Of a stretch of DNA of 64,000 nucleotides, positions 41,051 through 50,985 are shown one piece after another; position 1 is the stretch's first letter, and every line of letters starts with the position of its first letter. Position numbers and translations under genes: made by a program. Source of the stretch: Synechococcus sp. (GTDB lineage: Bacteria > Cyanobacteriota > Cyanobacteriia > Thermostichales > PCC-7336); contig JBFRWD010000094.1 of NCBI GenBank assembly GCA_051439425.1, positions 1 to 64,000 on the forward strand, read 5' to 3'. A model generated the notes under the pieces. It had not been told where the DNA came from. It was given only the letters and a program-made list of their open reading frames with translations, and ran no database searches.

Positions 41051-41353
41051 CTAGGGCAGGTCCCCTTCGGCGATCGCCTCTTCTCCCGCTTGCACAATGA
41101 CAGTGTTGTAGATACTGATATCGGCACTATCGGGCAGCTCTAGATCAAATGAACCTTCGGTGCCGGACAAACTACCCAAGTCGATGGTGCGGCGATCCAT
41201 ATCGCCATCCTGGGTCAAACTGACTGATAACTTTGCGCCACCTACATCTGTCTGCAGATTTTTAATGGCCAAACTCGCTCCCACACCCGCAACAAAGGCA
41301 ACCGATACGTTACCGGATGTAGTGTGACCGTTTAGTCCAGACAGGGCTCCCAT
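41051..41353 (-). CDS. small DM13-like domain protein
   Basis: H.TSG.V...DLGSL....G.....LP...DIS.YNTV.V pattern. GGAGAG RBS upstream. Confidence 0.55.
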   Translation of the reverse strand: MGALSGLNGHTTSGNVSVAFVAGVGASLAIKNLQTDVGGAKLSVSLTQDGDMDRRTIDLGSLSGTEGSFDLELPDSADISIYNTVIVQAGEEAIAEGDLP

Positions 41354-41803
41354 CCGTTCTCTCCGTATAATGTCCTATGACCGGCTGCATCATACCCCGT
41401 TGCCCGCACCCTTTCATCCGTTTTCTCATGTCGTGATGACAGCGCAGCTTTTCTCGAAGCAGTAGGCACGGAAAATTCGCCAAACTCCATCTCAGCTTGG
41501 CTCCGGCCCTACGTCGCTTATTCCAAACGAGTTTTGCCAACCCAACTGACTCGGCGATCACCTCAAGGGGCTGGTGCAAATGGAGCTAACAACTAAATTC
41601 CCGTATGGCAGCCATTCTCGTCGTATGACCTATCAACCAACACCCAAAGGGGGAGAGTTTCAGGTCCATGTTGAAGGCGATCGGACTCTGGGGATTACGA
41701 CACACGTCGCATACTGATGCCAACCAGTCGTCAGTTTATGCTGGCTAGCTCAATTTTCTGCAAACTGGTGGGCATACAGATAGAGCGGTTGTTCAGAATC
41801 TAT

Positions 41804-42193
41804 CTACAAGCTCTTGAGGTAGCTCAACAGATGAGCCATTTCGGCAGGCTCTGGTTGAAACTGCGGCATCGGTAGCGTCTTGCCACTCGTCACCTGCTCG
41901 ATCAATGAAATATCCGAGCGTCGCTCGCTCACACCGTGCAGGTTGGGACCAACGCGACCGTCAGCTTCTGAACCATGACATCCAGAGCAATTGAGTGAAA
42001 ACAGGACCTGGCCGTTTTTGGGATTCCCCTCAAATTGTAATACTGCCTGGGTGTAGGCATCCGGTTTATGCCACTGAGACAGACCGAAAAACAAAGCTGC
42101 CCCAAGCATCAGCAACAGGGCGGCAGCAAAAGCAAGCGGCTTCCAAGTGCTGGGAGTCCATCTAGCAGAAATATTGGAAGATGTGCTCGACAC
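41804..42193 (-). CDS. cytM: cytochrome cM
   Basis: TM helix, G..LF..NCSGCHG..ADG.VGPNL, QVTSGKT..MPQF. Start taken at GTG 42193. Confidence 0.88.
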   Translation of the reverse strand: MSSTSSNISARWTPSTWKPLAFAAALLLMLGAALFFGLSQWHKPDAYTQAVLQFEGNPKNGQVLFSLNCSGCHGSEADGRVGPNLHGVSERRSDISLIEQVTSGKTLPMPQFQPEPAEMAHLLSYLKSL

Positions 42194-42460
42194 GTGTACT
42201 CCGCGAATGCAAGTTATCAATCCTTCACATTTTACGCAAAGAAAGCAGCACACAAATTTACGTAATCGTTAACTGCGCTTGGAACTCCACTCGTCCAATC
42301 GAGCGATCACGTTGCCATAACGCTCAGTTCAGTTCCCACCGGTAGAGCTACATACCCTGCAAAATAAGGATTCTTTCTTTCCAGAACTCCCGCAACACAT
42401 CTCTGGAAATTCCGCCTAGAATGACGGGCAGATCCTGAAAAGTTTTAGCATCTTTTAACA

Positions 42461-43357
42461 ATGCCTGCCGCTGCTACAATCACCAGCAACTATTGGGAAT
42501 GGGGAGCTTACCGTATCCACTATGTCCGTGCTGGCGGTCCCCAATCCCAACGGCCCCCTTTGCTGTGCGTGCATGGTTTTGGAGCCTCCACCGATCATTG
42601 GCGAAAAAACATTGAGGACCTAAGCAACATCTACGAAGTCTGGGCCATTGACTTGCTGGGCTTTGGCCGTTCTGAAAAAGCCGACACTGCCTACAGCGGC
42701 GAGCTTTGGCGCGACCAACTGCATGACTTTATTCAAGAGATTATCGGCAGGCCCGCTGTACTGTTGGGCAATTCTCTAGGTGGCTACGCGGCTCTTTGTA
42801 CAGCTGCTCAACGATCGCAGTCTGTGGCCGGGGTCATTCTCCTCAATAGTGCCGGTCCGTTCACCAGTGCCGAGCCCGCCCCACCGAAGCGACCGGTGAA
42901 AGAGGCGATCGGTCGGTTCACCCGCAATCTGCTGCTGCAGCCTTTGCCTAGCTTCCTACTATTTCAGTACGTGCGTCGCAAATCGATCATTCGCAAGACC
43001 TTAGAGAAGGTTTATGTAGACCGAGCTGCTGTGACCGATCGCCTGATTGATGAAATCTACCGTCCGTCCTGCGATCCGGGAGCCGCTACGGTGTTTCGTT
43101 CCGTGTTTCAAACGAGACAAGGGGCGAAGGTCGATGAATTGCTGCAACAACTCGAACGTCCACTCATGTTGCTGTGGGGGGAAGGGGACCCGTGGATGAA
43201 TGCTAGAGCGAGATCGGCTCAATTCCGTCAGTACTATCCCCAGCTCACCGAACATTTTCTTAATGCTGGCCACTGTCCTCACGATGAAGTGCCAGAGCAA
43301 GTGAATGCCCTTGTCGATGGCTGGGTGCAAGAGTTTTGCGTGCCGATAGTCTGCTGA
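42461..43357 (+). CDS. alpha/beta fold hydrolase
   Basis: HGFGASTDHWRKN, GNSLGG, GHCPHDE. Confidence 0.9.
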   Translation: MPAAATITSNYWEWGAYRIHYVRAGGPQSQRPPLLCVHGFGASTDHWRKNIEDLSNIYEVWAIDLLGFGRSEKADTAYSGELWRDQLHDFIQEIIGRPAVLLGNSLGGYAALCTAAQRSQSVAGVILLNSAGPFTSAEPAPPKRPVKEAIGRFTRNLLLQPLPSFLLFQYVRRKSIIRKTLEKVYVDRAAVTDRLIDEIYRPSCDPGAATVFRSVFQTRQGAKVDELLQQLERPLMLLWGEGDPWMNARARSAQFRQYYPQLTEHFLNAGHCPHDEVPEQVNALVDGWVQEFCVPIVC

Positions 43358-43395
43358 CGAAGCGCGACCTTGGTGTTGTCACAGTGCGAAATTTT

Positions 43396-43415
43396 TGTAC
43401 CGAACGTTCGGTACA
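43396..43415. promoter_or_regulatory. perfect 20-bp palindrome, candidate operator upstream of ctaCDE
   Basis: TGTACCGAACGTTCGGTACA is its own reverse complement and lies ~230 bp upstream of ctaC. Confidence 0.5.
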
Positions 43416-43642
43416 GACTCCCTTTGCAATAACGCAGACGATAGCGGCTCGATACTTCTTAAGCAATTGCAAGGTATCTCCTACCCAAATTGAGAGCGCG
43501 GATAGGATTGAGCTGCATTGCCATACGGGGTAAGCAATAGGCGCTAGTTGTAGTGGCTGGTGACTATCTCCGAGGGTATTTGCTCTGTCTCTAGCCAAAC
43601 CGTGATGGCTAGGGAGACCGTACAACTTTGCAGAGATGAGAC

Positions 43643-44605
43643 ATGGGCCAAATCCCTATTTCGCTGATCACTCTAGTGGTAGGTGTTGCTGTCACCCTTG
43701 CCAGCATTTGGCTTGGCCAACACAACGGGCTTTTGCCGGAACAAGCATCTATCCAGGCCCCCCTGGTGGATAACTTTTTTAACACCATGATCGGTATTGC
43801 CTTTGCACTGTTTGTTTTTGTGCAAGGGGCCATTCTCCTATTTGCCATCCAATACCGTCAGCGAAAAGGTGATGAAACTGATGGTGTTCCTGTGGAAGGC
43901 AACGTGCCTTTAGAAGCTTTCTGGACCTTAATCCCCACCTTAATTGTGATGGGATTGGGAATTTACAGCGTTGATGTGTTTGCTCAAATGGGTGGCTTTG
44001 CTCCTGCTCGCGACATGGCGGCGGTGGAAGTTGCCAGTAGTTCCGCTTATGACCTGGAGCTAGCGGCTCATTTAGAATCGGGCGACCCGGAATCGCTGCT
44101 GGAGAACAAGTTGCCGACCTTCGGCTATGGTGCGACTACAACTGCCGATCTCACAGTTGATGTCACCGGTATGCAGTACGCTTGGCTATTTAACTACCCC
44201 AAGTACGACATTTTGGCAGGAGAGTTACACGTACCGGTCAACCAAGCTGTACAGCTCAATATCCAGGCCCAAGATGTCATCCACTCCTTCTGGGTGCCTC
44301 AGTTTCGCCTCAAGCAAGATGCCATTCCTGGCCAACCGACTCAGCTCAATTTCACGGCGAACCGTCCCGGTACCTATCCTGTTGTTTGTGCCGAGCTGTG
44401 CGGTGCTTATCACGGTGGTATGCGCACGCAAGTCGTGGTGGAATCCGATGAGGAATTCGCTGCATGGGTAGAAGAAAACCAGGTGGTTGCTCAAGCACAG
44501 CAGGATAATGCGCTGGCATTCCAGCCTCAGTCCGGTTCTGGATTTGCTGACGAGCACTTACACCACATGGGACTATCTGCCGAGCTGCAGGATATGGCGT
44601 TCTAG
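43643..44605 (+). CDS. ctaC: cytochrome c oxidase subunit II
   Basis: DVIHSFWVP and the CuA motif CAELCGAYHGGM. Confidence 0.95.
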   Translation: MGQIPISLITLVVGVAVTLASIWLGQHNGLLPEQASIQAPLVDNFFNTMIGIAFALFVFVQGAILLFAIQYRQRKGDETDGVPVEGNVPLEAFWTLIPTLIVMGLGIYSVDVFAQMGGFAPARDMAAVEVASSSAYDLELAAHLESGDPESLLENKLPTFGYGATTTADLTVDVTGMQYAWLFNYPKYDILAGELHVPVNQAVQLNIQAQDVIHSFWVPQFRLKQDAIPGQPTQLNFTANRPGTYPVVCAELCGAYHGGMRTQVVVESDEEFAAWVEENQVVAQAQQDNALAFQPQSGSGFADEHLHHMGLSAELQDMAF

Positions 44606-44793
44606 CTGCAGTGTTTCAAGACAGCAATATCTCTCCACTCGACAGGCTTGCTCGGTACCTGTGAGGGATGCTGTCAACACCATTTATCCGTCTTTTGTCA
44701 GTTCGATCCCAGCTCAATCCACTGTTTTTAGCGCACCCAATTTCCGATCGTTCAAATGCATGGGTGCCGTCCGCAATCGCAATATTTAATCCA

Positions 44794-46464
44794 ATGGCAC
44801 AAGCATCTATCCCTGTAGGGCAAGCTCCACAAGCTCCCTCTCCCGCTCCCCATTCGCAGAAATGGAAGTGGTACGACTATTTCTCGTTTAATATCGACCA
44901 CAAAGTCATCGGTATTCAGTACATCGTCACTGGCTTTGTTTTCTATTTGATTGGCGGCCTGATGGCTATGGTCATGAGAGCCGAGCTGTATACAGCAGAC
45001 TCCGATCTGCTCGATCCCAATCTCTACAATGCGCTACTCACCAATCACGGCACCATCATGATCTTCATGTGGATTGTGCCGGCGTCCATCGGTGGTTTTG
45101 GTAACTATTTAATTCCGCTAATGATTGGGGCCAGGGATATGGCCTTTCCCAAGCTAAATGCCCTGGCGTTTTGGCTGGTACCTCCTTCGGGGGCATTATT
45201 GCTGGGGAGCTTCTTCTTCGGTGGTGCTCAATCGGGGTGGACATCCTACCCTCCCCTGAGCTTGATTACCGCAAATACTGCTCAATCCATGTGGATTCTC
45301 AGTATTGTGCTTGCTGGAACGTCCTCCATTATGGGCGCAGTGAACTTCATCGTGACGCTGTTCAAACTGCGGGTGCCCAGCATGAGTTGGGATAAGCTAC
45401 CGCTGTTTTGTTGGGCGATTCTGGCGACGTCAATTCTGGCACTAGCGTCTACCCCCGTCCTAGCGATCGGCCTCACCCTACTGCTATTTGATATCAATTT
45501 CGGGACATCGTTCTTCAAACCCGATGCCGGTGGCAACGTGGTTATGTATCAGCACTTGTTCTGGTTTTACTCTCACCCAGCGGTGTACCTGATGATTTTG
45601 CCGATTTTCGGCATTATGTCGGAGGTGATTCCCCCCCACGCCCGCAAGCCGATTTTTGGTTATAAAGCGATCGCCTATTCCAGTTTGGCCATCTGTGCTG
45701 TTGGTCTCTTTGTCTGGGTACACCACATGTTCACCAGTGGCACCCCTCCCTGGATGCGCATCTTCTTCACCATTTCTACCTTGATCGTGTCCGTGCCAAC
45801 TGGGGTCAAAATCTTTAGCTGGGTCGCGACACTATGGGGAGGCAAAATTCGCTGGAATAGCCCCATGCTGTTTGCCCTCGGCCTCCTCTCAATGTTTGTT
45901 ATTGGTGGTTTGAGCGGTGTCACACTGGGGACTGCGCCGGTCGATATCCACGTTCACGATACGTACTACGTGGTGGCCCACTTCCATTACGTACTGTTTG
46001 GTGGTTCTGTCTTCGGTCTCTATGCTGGCCTCTATCACTGGTTCCCCAAAATGACCGGCCGCATGTACAACGAAAACTGGGGCCGAGTTCACTTTGTTCT
46101 TACTCTCATCGGAACTAACCTGACGTTCCTGCCCATGCATTATCTCGGTCTGCACGGTATGCCTCGCCGCGTAGCCATGTACGATCCCCAATTTGAGTCC
46201 TTGAACCACCTTTGTACTTTTGGTTCGATCCTGTTGGGATTCTCTGTCTTTCCGTTCCTGATCAACATGGTGTGGAGCTGGATGTACGGTCCTAAAGCCC
46301 CGGGCAACCCCTGGCGCGCATTATCGCTAGAGTGGACAACCACGTCTCCCCCCATCATCGAGAACTGGGAAGAGCTGCCGGAAGTGGGCTATGGCCCGTA
46401 TGAATATGGCAGTGGAATTGAGGCTCCAGAATTCGGCAATCTAGAGCCAGAGCCGACGGCATAA
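44794..46464 (+). CDS. ctaD: cytochrome c oxidase subunit I
   Basis: DHKVIGIQY, HLFWFYSHPAVY, WVHHMF, VVAHFHY. Start taken at MAQAS. Confidence 0.97.
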   Translation: MAQASIPVGQAPQAPSPAPHSQKWKWYDYFSFNIDHKVIGIQYIVTGFVFYLIGGLMAMVMRAELYTADSDLLDPNLYNALLTNHGTIMIFMWIVPASIGGFGNYLIPLMIGARDMAFPKLNALAFWLVPPSGALLLGSFFFGGAQSGWTSYPPLSLITANTAQSMWILSIVLAGTSSIMGAVNFIVTLFKLRVPSMSWDKLPLFCWAILATSILALASTPVLAIGLTLLLFDINFGTSFFKPDAGGNVVMYQHLFWFYSHPAVYLMILPIFGIMSEVIPPHARKPIFGYKAIAYSSLAICAVGLFVWVHHMFTSGTPPWMRIFFTISTLIVSVPTGVKIFSWVATLWGGKIRWNSPMLFALGLLSMFVIGGLSGVTLGTAPVDIHVHDTYYVVAHFHYVLFGGSVFGLYAGLYHWFPKMTGRMYNENWGRVHFVLTLIGTNLTFLPMHYLGLHGMPRRVAMYDPQFESLNHLCTFGSILLGFSVFPFLINMVWSWMYGPKAPGNPWRALSLEWTTTSPPIIENWEELPEVGYGPYEYGSGIEAPEFGNLEPEPTA

Positions 46465-46566
46465 ATCGTCATGCAGTCGAGTGGGGTAACTGAATATGCC
46501 TCGCTCGATGACTGTTTCTAGTGCCTGTTTTTAGTCAGACTTGCCCACTTTATCGAGTTATTCGTT

Positions 46567-47196
46567 ATGCAAGGCTCTACGGTTGATTCGTCCCAAACTA
46601 CGCTGAGTGCAGAACTCGTGGATGGTGCGGTTGGCCATCATGGCGAGCACCCCGACTACCGTGTGTTGGGGCTGCTTACGTTTCTAGCATCAGAATCTCT
46701 GATGTTCGGTGGGTTATTCGCCACCTATTTGATGTTTATGGTGACCAAGACTTCGTGGCCACCAGAAGGAACGGAAGTCGAGCTGTTCTTGCCCACTATT
46801 AATACTGTCATTCTGGTGTCCAGCAGTTTTGTGATTCACTTCGGCACTAAGGCCATCAAGGAGAATGACGAGGGCGGCTTAAAACAATGGTTTTGGGTGA
46901 CGGCAGCAATGGGGGCTATTTTCTTGGGGGGGCAGGTCTACGAATACGCCACCTTGGGCTACGGACTCACCACTAATTTGTTTGCCAATTGCTTTTACCT
47001 GATGACTGGCTTTCACGGGTTGCACGTCTTCATCGGTATCCTGTTGATTTTGGGAGTGATTTGGCGGGCTCGTCGCCAGGGTCATTATTCCGCAACTGCT
47101 CACGTTGGTGTTGAGATGGCCGAGATCTACTGGCACTTTGTGGACATCATTTGGATTATTTTGTTCGCCCTGATTTATATTTTGACGACAATTTAG
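46567..47196 (+). CDS. ctaE: cytochrome c oxidase subunit III
   Basis: FLASESLMF, TGFHGLHV, YWHFVD. Confidence 0.96.
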   Translation: MQGSTVDSSQTTLSAELVDGAVGHHGEHPDYRVLGLLTFLASESLMFGGLFATYLMFMVTKTSWPPEGTEVELFLPTINTVILVSSSFVIHFGTKAIKENDEGGLKQWFWVTAAMGAIFLGGQVYEYATLGYGLTTNLFANCFYLMTGFHGLHVFIGILLILGVIWRARRQGHYSATAHVGVEMAEIYWHFVDIIWIILFALIYILTTI

Positions 47197-47622
47197 CGGT
47201 TGGGATGGAGGTTCTCTGGCAATCGCCCTGCAAAGGTTTGGTTTCTTAGCCCCCCATCCTACTTGTCACTTTACTGACTGAAACGGCTGGCACATTGCGG
47301 ACATAGGTGAAGCGATTCACTGTCTCAATGTGCTTATTTTACTCGTTACATATTTTAATATTTGAAGCAGTGGCCTATATATAGTGTCACCGATCTCCAG
47401 AAAGATGAAGAAAACCTTAACGGCGATCGCATTTAGCACCGGCATGAAATTTGACTCTACGACAGGGTGTCAATTGCCGATACCACTCTGTAGATCCTTC
47501 GCTAAACTAACCATGGTTAGAAAACGCTTAGCTATTTGTGAGTGCTCGTTAAGTGTATGGGTACCGAATTAGAACTCCGAAGCTAAGATGTGGCTAACTC
47601 CTAATCCTTACAGCCAGAACCC

Positions 47623-48093
47623 ATGACACAGTCGAGCCCTTCCGCCTGCGCACCCTGCATAGTTGGCTCTGGAATTATTGTTAACCGGACCAACATCCAA
47701 AGATTGCTGTGTGATTTGGGGCAAGTGCGATATTTCGATATTGTGGACGGCTCGGTAGTCACGGATGGCACCGGTTACATCATGGAGGTATTCTCCGACC
47801 CTCAGTGTGCCACGGTGGCGATCGGGCGGACTCTCTACGTGAATGTGTGTAGCTTTGATTACCTGCAATTGCATACCGATTTAGAACAGCAGGTGACATT
47901 CGATTTAGTACAGGACAGCCGCACCCTCCGGTTAATGCCCATCTCGACGTCGATGGACTCGGAGCGTCTGAGTTCGCAGGATGCTCATGCGCTGGAAGCA
48001 GCGGTTGCCGATGTTCTTGCCGCCAGCTTTGATGCCCATGCTGACAACTGCACCGATTGGATGGAATTAGACAAACAAGATAAGAGTAGTTAG
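47623..48093 (+). CDS. hypothetical protein
   Basis: Clean ATG ORF in an otherwise empty interval, with a plausible globular composition. No motif recognised. Confidence 0.7.
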   Translation: MTQSSPSACAPCIVGSGIIVNRTNIQRLLCDLGQVRYFDIVDGSVVTDGTGYIMEVFSDPQCATVAIGRTLYVNVCSFDYLQLHTDLEQQVTFDLVQDSRTLRLMPISTSMDSERLSSQDAHALEAAVADVLAASFDAHADNCTDWMELDKQDKSS

Positions 48094-48356
48094 GGACTGG
48101 TTGTGAGTCCCTTTTGTTGTGCTCCAGTATGCTCTGAAGAACTGTTGCTGGCCTTTGGGATTGCGAGATTGATGCGTCGCGATGGTTTTTCTTGGGTGCG
48201 GTCCAGACGTAAGGATGCACGACTGAAACGATAATTGTCCCCGCGCTTGTCCTGGGCGTAACTGAGTTCGAGTGGATTACGTTCCCTGCCTGCATTTCGC
48301 CTGCAGGATAAAGGCGAGCTGATATAGTCTAAAGCTGGACTGTGTAGGGAGCTGTC

Positions 48357-49739
48357 ATGAGTCAGACAGAATACGACTTAATTATTATTGGCGCTGGAGT
48401 AGGTGGTCACGCGGCGGCCCTACACGCCGTGAGCTGTGGGCTGAAGACGGCAATTGTGGAATCCGCAGAGATGGGCGGTACCTGTATTAACCGTGGTTGC
48501 ATTCCCTCTAAGGCCCTTCTGTCTGCTGCTGGTCGCCTGCGAGAAATTCGCGAGGCCAGTCACCTCGGTATCTCAGTCGGCGCTATTTCGTTCGATCGCG
48601 CGGCTATTGCCGACCACGCGAATGCTGTCGTTAGCAAAATTCGCGATGACATGACGAAGTCATTGCAAAAAGCCAAAGTCGATATCATTACGGGGTTTGG
48701 TAAGCTGACCGCAGCAACCAAGGTTGAGGTGACGGCTGCCGACGGCTCGGTCAGTACCTACCAAGCTAAAGACGTCATTATTGCTACGGGGTCTACCCCC
48801 TTCGTACCTCCCGGCATCGAAATCGACGGCACAACTGTCTTTACTAGTGACCATTCCGTGCGCTTAGAATCCTTGCCCGAGACCTTGGCCATTGTCGGCA
48901 GCGGCTATATCGGACTGGAGTTCTCGGATGTTTACACTGCGTTGGGTTGCTAGGTGGTGATGCTGGAAGCGATGGATAAGCTGATGCCAGCATTCGATCC
49001 GGATATCGCTCGCCTGGCTCAGAAGCTACTGATTAAAGGTCGGGAGATTGATACTCACGTCGGTGTGTTTGCCCAGAAAGTGACTCCCGGTAGCCCCGTC
49101 AAAATTGAATTATCCAGTGGGGACGCTTTAGACGTCGATGCCTGTTTGGTGGCCACTGGACGAGTACCTGTCACCCGCGAATTAGGTCTAGATGACTTGG
49201 GGATCGATATCGGTCGGCGTGGTTTTGTCCCCGTGAACGATCGCATGGAAACCGAACTACCTCACTTGTGGGCAATCGGCGATGCCACCGGCAAGATGAT
49301 GTTGGCTCACGCGGCTTCCGCTCAAGGGATTGCAGTGGTCAACACTATCTGCGGCAAAGACTCTGATGTGGACTATCGCAGCGTTCCTGCTGCCGTGTTT
49401 ACCCATCCCGAAATGGGATTTGTGGGCCTGACAGAGCCACAGGCAAAAGCAGAGGGCTACAAGGTGGGAACGGTGCGCACCTACTTTGGCGGGAACTCGA
49501 AGGCGATCGCCTCCGGTGACACCGATGGCATTGTTAAGTTGGTGTATGACAAGGAATCTGGCGAGCTGTTGGGCACGCACATCTTCGGCCCTCATGCTGC
49601 TGACCTAATTCACGAAGCGTCTCAGGCCGTTGCGAAGCGAGCTACCGTTCAGGAGCTGGCAACGATGATACACACCCATCCGACGCTGGCAGAGACGCTG
49701 GAAGAGGCATATCACCGCGCTGCTAAAGCCGTGAAGTAA
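48357..49739 (+). pseudogene. lpdA: dihydrolipoamide dehydrogenase interrupted by an in-frame TAG (48951-48953)
   Basis: [19 protein letters not shown] and GSGYIGLE lie before the stop. MLAH and HTHPTLAE lie after it in the same frame. The junction reads TGC TAG GTG. Confidence 0.85.
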
Positions 49740-49788
49740 GAACGCCTGTGCTTAGGCATTAGTGTTTTGAGCCTCAGTGCTCGTAGTT

Positions 49789-49819
49789 AAGAGAGACTGT
49801 CTCATGGGCGGTCTCTTTT
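49789..49819. terminator. hairpin between convergent lpdA and ispD
   Basis: aagagagactgtc-tcatg-ggcggtctctttt. Confidence 0.5.
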
Positions 49820-49837
49820 AGCGTTAATAGCCAGGCG

Positions 49838-50572
49838 TCACACTGCCGCCAGCCGATCGCTCAAAATTTGCTTGGCAATTTCCAGATCCCAGGGGGTAGT
49901 GAGTTTGACGTTCGTTTCTTCTCCCATCACCAATTCCACCGTTAGTCCTACGTTCTCGAACAGTGAGGCATCGTCTGTTACGGCCCAGTCTTCAGTAACG
50001 GCTTGGCGGTGAGCGGCGAGTAAAGGAGCCAGTTTGAAGCACTGTGGTGTTTGGGCTGCCCATAGCTGACTGCGATCGGGAGTGTCGATAATTTCTTGCC
50101 CCGCCAGTAATTGGGATGTCGCTGTAGATACTGCTGAGGATGGTTTGACCCGTTTAATCGTGTCCTTGACGGGGATTGCCGCGATCGCCCCATCCGTCAC
50201 ATCTAAAGCTGCGGCGCAGCGATCGAACAGTTCGGGAGAGGCTAAACATCTGGCGCCGTCATGGATTGACACCAGTGTGGCTGTACTCAATTCCTTCAGC
50301 CTCTGTAGACCCAAAAATACCGACTCTTGCCGAGTATTTCCTCCCTGAATGAGCTCTACAGGGACCGTCAGATTCTCCGCCTGCACGATCCGATCGAACT
50401 GTTTGAAGTCATGGGTTTGGCCGATAATCCCAATCCATTCGGTTGACGATGCGGCGGCAGCCGCCCGTAGCGTCCAGGCTAAAATTTCGCGGTCTAAGAC
50501 GGGTAACAGCAGCTTGTTGCGATCGGCTCCCATACGACGACCGCTGCCCGCAGCCGGAATTAACACATGCAT
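49838..50572 (-). CDS. ispD: 2-C-methyl-D-erythritol 4-phosphate cytidylyltransferase
   Basis: IPAAGSGRRMG..NK, GGNTRQESV, IHDGAR, AQTPQ, TDDASL, NVKLTTP.DL. Confidence 0.95.
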   Translation of the reverse strand: MHVLIPAAGSGRRMGADRNKLLLPVLDREILAWTLRAAAAASSTEWIGIIGQTHDFKQFDRIVQAENLTVPVELIQGGNTRQESVFLGLQRLKELSTATLVSIHDGARCLASPELFDRCAAALDVTDGAIAAIPVKDTIKRVKPSSAVSTATSQLLAGQEIIDTPDRSQLWAAQTPQCFKLAPLLAAHRQAVTEDWAVTDDASLFENVGLTVELVMGEETNVKLTTPWDLEIAKQILSDRLAAV

Positions 50573-50985
50573 CGATTTGCCTCGCAACATTCATTCGCAA
50601 CGACTCGTCTCGCAATGACCGGCAATACCGATCGATTAGCTCGAACATTGAAACCATCAGACATCGTACGAGATTGCGAGAACGACTGCGATCGCCAGCA
50701 AAAACCTTCGGAGTCTCCCGTCTTGTCTTGGGCACGATAGAGCCGAATGAGAGAACCAGTTGCTACTCTTGAAATCTGTCTTCTCGTGGGAAGCGGTCTA
50801 CTTGTCTTCAACTGTTACTCTGAAGGAGATGCCTGTCGGTCACTTAAAGGCACGATTGGCCCGAACTTTTCTTGTTTTTCGGCGGCAAGCGACGGTGCCC
50901 AGTTAAACTAAGCTTAAAATTTTCTTTTATAACCAGCGTTTCGTTCTTTTCCAGCTAGCTACCCTCAGCAAGGATAGACACCGAT

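Noticed and set aside
41580..41717. 45-aa plus-strand ORF between the DM13-like gene and cytM
   Set aside because: No recognisable motif or RBS. I also looked for petG here and did not find it.
42342..42355. GTA-N8-TAC (NtcA-like) site between cytM and the hydrolase
   Set aside because: No properly spaced -10 box in either direction, and such a short motif arises often by chance.
48951..48953. Pyrrolysine or genome-wide TAG recoding as the explanation for the lpdA stop
   Set aside because: TAG ends many intact genes here (rpmF, ctaC, ctaE, dusB) and no pyl genes are in the window.
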